The notes beneath the pieces were generated by a model. It was given only the letters and a program-made list of their open reading frames with translations, searched no databases and had not been told where the DNA came from. A program made the position numbers and the translations under genes. From Mayamaea pseudoterrestris (taxonomy: Eukaryota): 64,000 bases of DNA. The stretch lies in NCBI GenBank assembly GCA_027923505.1, contig BROI01000013.1, forward strand, positions 496,001-560,000, in the 5' to 3' direction. This document shows, piece after piece, positions 35,765-44,222 of the stretch (its first letter is position 1; each line of letters begins with the position of its first letter).

Positions 35765-35933
35765 GGTGAAAAATGAGCTGGTTTTGCGATGCGACGATGA
35801 TGGCTTGTGGGCTTTTGTGTGCGTCTTACCGTTACTAAAATGTTAACCGGTGCGATAGTCAAACGAGACACGTGGAACGCAGAGGTGCGAATACTGCTGC
35901 CGGTCAGACTTTTACGTCGCGCGCGACCACCGA

Positions 35934-37646
35934 ATGAGCGACGCATCCATCATTGTGCAGACGACAAGCACCCCACCTCTCCTTGATAGCACAGCTTTCC
36001 ACACAATGGATCATCCATTTGAATATTGCGTCGACTCGTACGGAAAGCAGCATTTTCTTGATGGCGGGGACTATCTAATAACTAGCATAGTGGCACAAGA
36101 GACTGGCCATACGGGGTGGAGCTATTTTTATGACGTGATGGGAGCCTTGGTTTGCATTTGCTTCGTCGCCCTGGTCTCTGGATTATTCATGGGACTCATG
36201 ACAATGGATCCGCTGGATTTGAATATAATAATACGAGTCGGGTCGACCGAGGAAGAAGTAGCGCAGGCGAATGAATTGCTTCCCATTGTCGAGCAACATC
36301 ATCGCGTATTGGTGACGCTGTTATTACTGAACGCCGTAGCATATGAAGCGCTTCCACTCTTCATGGATAACTTGGTTCCCAGAATGTGGGCGATTGCAGT
36401 TTCTGTGAGTTGCGTCTTGCTGTTTGGTGAGATTGTGCCTTGTGCAATATTCATTGGACCCAATCAACTTGAGCTCGCATCAAAACTGATTGGAGTCATG
36501 AAATTTTTCATGAAGGTAACCTATCCCATTGCCTATCCTCTGGCAAAGCTACTGGATCGCATTGTTGGTTCAACGGAGAATGAGGATCACTACTCGCGAG
36601 AGGAACTCTCCGCCTTGATTCGCATTCAGTACGAGGAGCAAGCTACGTTGCTGGTTAACCGCAAGTCTGGATTCATGGCCAATCACCACAAGAATCATCA
36701 GGCGAGAATTGTCAAGCAAGATCAGCGTACCTGGCGAGCATTGAAAAAGGAGATTCTGGAAGCAGTTCAGGAACGCGCCGAGGAGGCCGACGAGCAGTGC
36801 GACGAGGATCTTTACTATGAGCAAATGGACCCGCCCTTGGCCAAGGATGAGATAAACATGGTCGAGGGCGCCCTGAGCATGAAGACAAAGCTTACAATGG
36901 ACGTCTACACGCCGCTGCGCATGATGTATGCTCTTCCACATGACTTGATACTGGATCGGGAAAATTTAATGCGCGTGTACTCGACGGGTTACAGTCGAAT
37001 CCCCGTCTACCGACGCCAACCGGATCGACCAGATGATTGCACGGCAATTTATGGCGTATTGATGACGCGTCACTTGATGGTGATTGACTGGGACGATGAG
37101 CGACCGGCGAATTCTTTGCCGCTGCAGCGGCCGCCTTGCGTGTCCCCGCGAATGAACCTTGTCAAGCTTATTAGTTTATTGAAAGACAACGGAAGTCATA
37201 TTGCCTTTGTTTGCGCTAGACCGGATGTAGCAAAGAAGGCGCTCGATAGAGAACAAGAGATACCGCCAGAGGCGGGTTTCATGGGGCTAGTGACACTCGA
37301 AGACGTCTTGGAGGAACTCATACAGGATACGATTCTGGACGAGCGCGATTATAGGGATCGAGAGCTAGAAGCAGCTCGATTGACTCGCTGGGCGGCGACA
37401 AAGCTACAGGAATGGTACAAGAAAAAGAAGAAGTTAAAACGAATAAGTCAAACTGGGGTGTCGTTCCAACCTTCAATAGACGAAACTCTGGATCTTGAGA
37501 ACGGTGTGGACGACCCGAGTTCCTGGACACCTTTGCTTGACACAAAGCAAAATGGACATGAGGAAAGCGGGATCGCCGTTGCAGCTCATGCTTCATATGG
37601 TACCTCGGATGACGAAAAGCGAGTTCTCACAAGTCGCAGACCTTGA
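35934..37646 (+). CDS. CNNM/DUF21-CBS domain metal transporter-like protein
   Basis: SGLFMGLMTMDP, HRVLVTLLLLNA..YEALPLF, LFGEIVP, GYSRIPVY and MGLVTLEDVLEELIQ motifs. The start could be at 36007. Confidence 0.92.
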   Translation: MSDASIIVQTTSTPPLLDSTAFHTMDHPFEYCVDSYGKQHFLDGGDYLITSIVAQETGHTGWSYFYDVMGALVCICFVALVSGLFMGLMTMDPLDLNIIIRVGSTEEEVAQANELLPIVEQHHRVLVTLLLLNAVAYEALPLFMDNLVPRMWAIAVSVSCVLLFGEIVPCAIFIGPNQLELASKLIGVMKFFMKVTYPIAYPLAKLLDRIVGSTENEDHYSREELSALIRIQYEEQATLLVNRKSGFMANHHKNHQARIVKQDQRTWRALKKEILEAVQERAEEADEQCDEDLYYEQMDPPLAKDEINMVEGALSMKTKLTMDVYTPLRMMYALPHDLILDRENLMRVYSTGYSRIPVYRRQPDRPDDCTAIYGVLMTRHLMVIDWDDERPANSLPLQRPPCVSPRMNLVKLISLLKDNGSHIAFVCARPDVAKKALDREQEIPPEAGFMGLVTLEDVLEELIQDTILDERDYRDRELEAARLTRWAATKLQEWYKKKKKLKRISQTGVSFQPSIDETLDLENGVDDPSSWTPLLDTKQNGHEESGIAVAAHASYGTSDDEKRVLTSRRP

Positions 37647-37749
37647 TACCGTCCTGCCGCCATAATACTTTACTCATAAGCATACAGGTAAATGAAAGGT
37701 AAAGTAGGATATGAGATGTTAACGGAAAATTTTATGGCAAAAATATACT

Positions 37750-40700
37750 CTATCGTAGACTTTCTTGAAGACTTTCGCCTATGAGCTCCTCGGCAAGTGT
37801 GACAATATCCCTCGCCAGGGCAGCATTGTCTTCCGTCGAATCCTCCATGGCTTCCGACAGAACCGGCAAGCACTCCGGAAGGAGAACCATATATTCTTCG
37901 CCAAGGGACCGCATGAGCGAAAGTAAACACTCTAGTCCGGCTCTTCGAACCTCGGCGCGATGCTCGTTGGCGCATGCTTCCAAGACCGCATGGTTCAGTG
38001 GCTTCCATAACTGCTCATTGCCAGCAGCAGCGGCCAGTGCCGTTAGGCAGCCCATCACACAGCCAGAGCTTTCCGTCACACCGTGAACTAACTGATGGTA
38101 TGCGCTTTGCGCAACTGGCACAACGGGATAATTTTCTGGGAGTCTGGCCTCCAGCAAATTTCCGAGAGGAGAAAGTAACGCATGATAACGAGCCTCCTCA
38201 TCGGTACGAATCCACGCACCCCCACCGCGAGCGTCAGTACGAAGCGAATGCTCCAAGCATAAGAGGAGCGGCTCAATGCAACTCATACTGCCTTCATTGT
38301 AGTTGCTGTTTAACTCCTCGTTTAAGCGACGCCGCTTCGCCTCGCTGGCCTTGGTGGACGCGCTTGCAAAAGCTTGAGCAGCATTGTTTAACTCGGCAAT
38401 CGCGTCATTCCAAACCATTGAAAGACATGGGAGGAAGATTGCTTTTAGCTTCTGGCTCAACACTTGAGTAAATGACCAAAAAGCAAATTTTCTAGTCTCA
38501 CTCGCACCGCGCCACTCTCGTAAAAAGACAAGCACACGACGAAGTTGTAGTTCGGAAAGTTTCATGACAAGAGCGACGAGGACCTTCTCGCAAACCTTGA
38601 CGACCAACACCTTGTCAGCAAAAACACCATCCACGTCACATGCGGTCGTCAAAGCCTTGAGAACCGCACTCCTTTGTACGATTATTTCTGCACTCGAAGC
38701 TTCACCCAGTGCTTGCTCGAGAATTAGCATAACCGATTTAACGCCATCCAATGTTGAACAAAGGCTTATAGCTTTGCACAACGCCGGAACCAGTATGCGA
38801 CAAGGAACAGAGGCCGCCAATCCTGCATCCAAACGTTCCATTGTGACCTTGATAGGATCTAGTTTTTCAATCACATCGGTGCGCAGCGACTTAGACAATA
38901 CAGCCTGCTCAGTGAGAATCAAAGGCAGATGTGGAGTCATGAAATGCGGGACTGACTCAATGACAGCAACTAATCCTTTTATAAGCCCAAGTCGTAGAAC
39001 TTGCACTTCATCTTCGGATGGACCACCGTATGAGGACGTGCAGTTTAAAATCATAACCAAGGAGCGGACAAGAGTCGGAAGTACAGCGACACTCGCCGTG
39101 CCCACTGACCGCACGAGTGAACCCGCACACAGCGCCAAACTACAAATAAGTTGCCGCTCGCCCACCTGGATTGCATCCAATGATGCGACATCTTCGAAGG
39201 TCGCCAACAGTCGAGTAACCTCTGATAAGGCATTGAGAAAATTCTGCACAGCGCCTTCCGGAAAAGCGCTCGCCTTTCGGAGCATGCCAGAGATCTGGTC
39301 GAGCGCCAATAAAGCCGACTCCCGAAGACGTGGACTCATTAAATGGTCCTCTGTTGATGTTAGCAAGCCAGTGATTTCAGGAACTAGATCGACAAACAAA
39401 ATGGCTTCCGGCGATGCTGATGTGAAGCCAGCGGCACGATCCGCCAGCAGGTGAAGCGCATTTGATCTGACATCCGCGGTGCGTCCTTCAGCAATAATCG
39501 ACGACACGGAAGCGAGGAATATAGGTACTGGTAACAGGTTTTGGATAATTCCTCGACTCTGGTCTAGTGACTCAACAGCGTAATCCAAAAAATGCTGCAC
39601 TGATACGTCAAGATTGCAATCAGATCTGTTACGACATGCCGTGTGAACCTCTAAGAGTTGTTGCCAAATTTTCAAACAAAGTTCTGCCGCATTTCCAGTT
39701 TTCTTAAAATAATGCTGAACTCCTCCAAGCAGTAGGCAATCCGCAAAGGTATCTATGATAAATTTCGCCAAATTTACAACGCGTTGTAGTCCGGCTTCCT
39801 TATCCACGGAAATGGCAGACTTCCTCGTGATACCAGAGGTCGCTGTCTCTATGAGAACCATAGATGATACAGAAGCTCCCAATTTGCTGCTTTTATCGTC
39901 TATGCTTGAGTCAGCGCGGGTTAAAGAAGATATGATCTCGTTGCAGTACTCCAAGAGCGTCAACAGAGTTGCGACTTGCATGGCGCTTGGCCCTGATTCT
40001 AACACCTGTACCACTATGCTGGAGGCATGAGACGGACGACCCTGATTCCCAAGTGAATGGGATCGCTCCGCCAAGTAGAGACAGATAAGTCCAGCCACTT
40101 CATCAACTAAATTGCTTTGAACTAAAACATGCACGAAGTCGCTATATAGGAGGAGATGTTGCGCTTCCGATTGTTCCTGACTTGCGGAAACAAATGCCGT
40201 GAAGATCCGTTCAATAGTAGCGCCTTCAAGAGGTGCAATCTTTTTGAACAATGGTATAAAATATGTCAATGTCTGCCGAACGAACTGGGTGTAAGATCCA
40301 TCTTTGCCACACGCAAGCGAAACGGTCGCAGCCACAACTTGGCCGAGCGATGGCATGACATCGCCCGGACGTTCCAACGCAAAATTGCTTAAAATGGAAA
40401 GAGCTGCCGACCTAGTTCGAGTTTTCGTCAAAAGTACAAGCCGAAGATCCGTAGTAGTAGAAGCACCCAATAACGATAGCAAAATCGTGATCCACGATTT
40501 GGTGCGCCGAGCGTCCACCTTTTGCTTTGCAGGCGATGTGACAAGAATCTGTTGAAGGGCCAAAAGAACTGATTGCTGCAAGAAAGGAGTCGTTTCGTCG
40601 TCATGCGTAGATGCCGTAAGCGATGACTCTTTAAGAGCATTAAATAACATGCCTGCAAGCTCATCGCCACGTCGGGATGCCAGCAGCCTCGACGAATTTG

Positions 40701-43464
40701 ATCGAACAAAATCCGAGATATACGTTAGGACTATGCTCCCCTTCACTGAAGCAAGATCCTCAACCATCGAACACAAATCGGACGAGTCTAGAGGAAGAGA
40801 GTTAAAAGCCTGCGAAGCATCGTCCAATAATGATTCAGAGCCATAGTGAATCAAAGAGATCGCCATCGCTACTCGTTCGCTTGCCGCAAATTTGGCGAAG
40901 ATTTGTTCTCTCCAAGAGGCGCTGCCCACGACGTCAGTCACAAGAATCGAAGCAACCATATCGCCACATGAGCTGCCATTGCCTTCTTTTAAAATAATCT
41001 CAATTAATTGTTTCATGTCTGCTGGGTATGGATCAAGAACAGACAGACCATCCATCTTCCCAACTGAGTAAGATCGCGTGCGTCTACCAGTACCTTCTTG
41101 ACTTGGTCCTGAGGAAATAATTATTTGCGGGTCGACTACTTTAACTCCTTTCAACATTTTTAGCAGAGTCCTTACCAAAGCACTAGGTATCGACTCAACT
41201 TCTCCATGGGTAACAATGCGCTCCAGGATGGGGCGACCTGCATCATTCCACCGAGTCAGCAACGGGGCTAACTCCTCGCCAGTCTCCTCCAACGAATCTA
41301 ACAAAACAGCAGCGGCTGTGCTCATTCCACTGGCCAATGGTAGAAAAAGCCATGCACCGCTACCCTCGTTATCGTCATGGCCCATACGTCGATAAACAGC
41401 ACTGCTCACGCACAACCTCATCAGTGCATTCCGCAACTTTTGCGGTTCCCGGGACCTCTTCAAACAAGAAGCAAGGATACTCGACAACACTTGTCCGCCC
41501 ATTTTTACCGAAACATTGGATATTTCAAGTTGGTCGCCAATTTCAACAAGATTCGACCATTTTTCCTCACTCTCAAGCCGACGAAACGTTGCGGCGAGCA
41601 AGGCCATGGCAGCCACACGCACTTGCACGTCACCGCGCTCAAGCAACACGAGACCAGGTATAACAGCGATGCTTACATCCTTCGCCTCGCCTAGAATAGA
41701 AATTGCCAGTTCGAGTAGCTTCAACACCTCCTTGTTGCTCGTCTCCGATCGGACGGCAGCTTCTAGATAAATCGCCAATCGCAAATGTTCAAGCAAATCT
41801 TTATCTGAAAGTAAATGCGCCGCAGCAACAGCATGCTCCTTGTCACAATTAGTGCTCCAGGAATGAACAATCGCTAATGCTTGTTCACTCGGTAATTCAA
41901 TTTCATGCTCGAAATCTTGCACCTCATCAATGTTCATTTCGTCCGACGCACCAACTGGCGGCAACATGCCCACCAAATCATTCGAATCCACCATTGCCGA
42001 CTCATCAAAAGCAACAATTCCGTTGAGTAAATCAATTAACTTCTGCTTGCAATCAAGCATCTTGTCGCTCATGGAGTCTATGGCATGTGCAACTCCCAGC
42101 TCACATGATACGGCGTCAATCTCATGCAACGTTTTTAACACAAGCCGCACTGGTTCCAGAGCAAGTTCGTCATTTTGAAAATACTTGCCGACAACGTTGG
42201 CGGTAACGGATGCGACCAAATGTAGCTGTCGGTCCATCCAAATGGAGCGCAGCGCCGACTCTTCCGCCAGCTCGACGATTAGACTTAATCGACCTTGATT
42301 CATGCTCATGACCACCACAGCCGCCAACAAGGGCGCAACAATAACACGTCGATCACGATGCAAGTATCCAAGCAATGACGGTAGAAATTCAAGGCCGACG
42401 AGCCTGTCAAACGTCGTCCTGGTCAAGGAACATCCCAACCACTTGTCAAGGCCCACCAACGACAGAAAGCAAGCGTCATCGACAAGCAGTTGTCGCTTGG
42501 GCGGAAGCAGAATACTTAGAATGGTCGTCAAGGCGTCCGCCTCTGTTTCCAAACCAGGCGCGGCCCCGCGAACAATCTTGGTGACGAGCAAGTCAATTGT
42601 TTCTGGCGCCAGCTCCATGTGCTCCACCATGGACGAAACGACAACGTAGCTCCAGTAGCGGCGAACTGGGTGCGAAAAGGATCCCAACAGACACGAAAAA
42701 ATGGTCCGAATGACAGCTTCCTTGTCTGCCTTGGTATCGCGGGCCAACCAGGCAAAGCCTTGCAATAGTAGTTTCATAGACCACGACAGCAAAAAATGAT
42801 CGTCCGTCTTGACTGCTTGCACAACTTGCACCAGTTTCGTCAACCACGAGGTATTCTTGAGCACATGCTGCGCCACCAAGGCGGAAGGAATCTTTTTGTT
42901 GTTTTCAACACTCACGTAGGGCCTCAACCATAGGTACGTTTGATCAGAAGCAAGGTCGACGAGCAAGAGGCAGCGATGAAAGTAGACCCACATTTCATTC
43001 TTGCCCGCATAGGGAAGGAGCGTCCAAAGTAACTCAGAACCATACTGCACGTGCAGATTGTATCGCCGCAGCATGTATTCCAGAACCTGCAGGCACTCGT
43101 CAAGTGATTCGTCCAATAGAACCGTCAACTGAAGCAAAATGGATCGAATCTGCGACGCATCGGCAGCTTCAGCACTGTTGCAAAGAACTGAAACAAGGTC
43201 ATCCAAGCCCAATTCTACCAAAGCTTCTCTACAATTTTCTTCCAATACTTTCAAAGGAACATCGGCAGCATCCCTTGCTTTGGCATGCAGCAAGGTTGGC
43301 TTGAAACGAACCGACTTGTCGGCCATGGTTTGTCCGTGCTTGACAGAGTAGTGGAGGCCGCGACCGACGGCATCCTCATGGCGCTTGCTGCTTGCAAATG
43401 ACAAGCCGGCATTCTTGGGATTGTTCAAGGCAGTCAGTTGCGACTGCAAATTAGACAAAGACAT
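37750..43464 (-). CDS. UTP10: U3 snoRNP-associated HEAT-repeat protein UTP10/HEATR1 (BAP28)
   Basis: N-terminal MSLSNLQSQL and LEYMLRRY; C-terminal BP28CT-like KLSELQLR and LWKPLNHAVL...LGEEYMVLLPECLPVLSEAMED. 1904 aa. Confidence 0.92.
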   Translation of the reverse strand: MSLSNLQSQLTALNNPKNAGLSFASSKRHEDAVGRGLHYSVKHGQTMADKSVRFKPTLLHAKARDAADVPLKVLEENCREALVELGLDDLVSVLCNSAEAADASQIRSILLQLTVLLDESLDECLQVLEYMLRRYNLHVQYGSELLWTLLPYAGKNEMWVYFHRCLLLVDLASDQTYLWLRPYVSVENNKKIPSALVAQHVLKNTSWLTKLVQVVQAVKTDDHFLLSWSMKLLLQGFAWLARDTKADKEAVIRTIFSCLLGSFSHPVRRYWSYVVVSSMVEHMELAPETIDLLVTKIVRGAAPGLETEADALTTILSILLPPKRQLLVDDACFLSLVGLDKWLGCSLTRTTFDRLVGLEFLPSLLGYLHRDRRVIVAPLLAAVVVMSMNQGRLSLIVELAEESALRSIWMDRQLHLVASVTANVVGKYFQNDELALEPVRLVLKTLHEIDAVSCELGVAHAIDSMSDKMLDCKQKLIDLLNGIVAFDESAMVDSNDLVGMLPPVGASDEMNIDEVQDFEHEIELPSEQALAIVHSWSTNCDKEHAVAAAHLLSDKDLLEHLRLAIYLEAAVRSETSNKEVLKLLELAISILGEAKDVSIAVIPGLVLLERGDVQVRVAAMALLAATFRRLESEEKWSNLVEIGDQLEISNVSVKMGGQVLSSILASCLKRSREPQKLRNALMRLCVSSAVYRRMGHDDNEGSGAWLFLPLASGMSTAAAVLLDSLEETGEELAPLLTRWNDAGRPILERIVTHGEVESIPSALVRTLLKMLKGVKVVDPQIIISSGPSQEGTGRRTRSYSVGKMDGLSVLDPYPADMKQLIEIILKEGNGSSCGDMVASILVTDVVGSASWREQIFAKFAASERVAMAISLIHYGSESLLDDASQAFNSLPLDSSDLCSMVEDLASVKGSIVLTYISDFVRSNSSRLLASRRGDELAGMLFNALKESSLTASTHDDETTPFLQQSVLLALQQILVTSPAKQKVDARRTKSWITILLSLLGASTTTDLRLVLLTKTRTRSAALSILSNFALERPGDVMPSLGQVVAATVSLACGKDGSYTQFVRQTLTYFIPLFKKIAPLEGATIERIFTAFVSASQEQSEAQHLLLYSDFVHVLVQSNLVDEVAGLICLYLAERSHSLGNQGRPSHASSIVVQVLESGPSAMQVATLLTLLEYCNEIISSLTRADSSIDDKSSKLGASVSSMVLIETATSGITRKSAISVDKEAGLQRVVNLAKFIIDTFADCLLLGGVQHYFKKTGNAAELCLKIWQQLLEVHTACRNRSDCNLDVSVQHFLDYAVESLDQSRGIIQNLLPVPIFLASVSSIIAEGRTADVRSNALHLLADRAAGFTSASPEAILFVDLVPEITGLLTSTEDHLMSPRLRESALLALDQISGMLRKASAFPEGAVQNFLNALSEVTRLLATFEDVASLDAIQVGERQLICSLALCAGSLVRSVGTASVAVLPTLVRSLVMILNCTSSYGGPSEDEVQVLRLGLIKGLVAVIESVPHFMTPHLPLILTEQAVLSKSLRTDVIEKLDPIKVTMERLDAGLAASVPCRILVPALCKAISLCSTLDGVKSVMLILEQALGEASSAEIIVQRSAVLKALTTACDVDGVFADKVLVVKVCEKVLVALVMKLSELQLRRVLVFLREWRGASETRKFAFWSFTQVLSQKLKAIFLPCLSMVWNDAIAELNNAAQAFASASTKASEAKRRRLNEELNSNYNEGSMSCIEPLLLCLEHSLRTDARGGGAWIRTDEEARYHALLSPLGNLLEARLPENYPVVPVAQSAYHQLVHGVTESSGCVMGCLTALAAAAGNEQLWKPLNHAVLEACANEHRAEVRRAGLECLLSLMRSLGEEYMVLLPECLPVLSEAMEDSTEDNAALARDIVTLAEELIGESLQESLR

Positions 43465-43589
43465 GATTGTTTGCTACCGGTAGTGTATGATGGAGGATCC
43501 AAGATGTGTAGTGTTGCCATGCCAAAGAATTAATTTGTACCGATGGCTGTCGTTCAAAACCGGAGCGACGTAAACTATCTTGGCACTGC

Positions 43590-44222
43590 ATATGGCATGA
43601 TTTTTGAATGTCCATACCTTGAGCCATGTGTATGCCCAAATCAAACCAGAATGGTGCTAACATTCTTATTTCAGGTGCGCTACAAGATGGATTGACTGGC
43701 TGGTCCCTTGGTAGACTGCAATGTAATTGGTGACAACTTGTTACCAATCTCAGCCAGCAGATGCCGTCTTTTTCAAATGCCCATACCTTGAGCCATGTGT
43801 ATGTCCAAATCAAGCCAGAATGGTGCTAACATTCTTATTTCAGGTGCGCTACAAGATGGATTGCCTGGCTGGTCCCTTGGTAGACTGCAATGATTGGTGA
43901 CAACTTGTCACCAATCTCAGCAAGCAGTCATTTATTAATGCCCATACCTTGAGCCATGTGTATGCCCAATTCAAGCCAGAGTGGTGCTAACATCCTTATT
44001 TCAGGTGCGCTACAAGATGGATTGCCTGGCTGGTCCCTTGGTAGACTGCAATGTGATTGGTGACAACTTGCTGTGGGTCTATTATGTTCTCACCTGCTCA
44101 AGGCAGGAGGAGCCATTCTGAGATAGCAGTATAAATATAAACGTCTCGTTATTTATTTGATTGGTGACAAATTGTCACCAATCTCAGCCAGCAGATGCCG
44201 TCATTTTCAAATGCCCATACCT
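43590..44222 (-). repeat. ~3.3 copies of the subfamily A 169-bp satellite in reverse orientation, interrupted by an 87-bp insert
   Basis: Reverse complement of the 2.5-3.3 kb monomers. CCATACCTTGAGCCATGTGTATG and GGTGCTAACAT..TTATTTCAGGTGCGCTACAAGATGG each occur three times. Confidence 0.93.
44071..44157. mobile_element. 87-bp non-satellite insertion flanked by a 17-bp direct repeat (possible target-site duplication)
   Basis: TGATTGGTGACAACTTG (44054-44070) and TGATTGGTGACAAATTG (44158-44174) flank unique sequence that ends in TTATTTATT. Confidence 0.5.

Noticed and set aside
38564..39454. Long antisense ORFs (e.g. 38564-39454, 9545-10210, 12048-12668, 26557-27126)
   Set aside because: They are shadow frames opposite well-supported genes.
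3..43464. Functional gene cluster or operon-like system among the genes
   Set aside because: The functions are unrelated housekeeping roles with mixed orientation, which is ordinary compact eukaryotic gene order.
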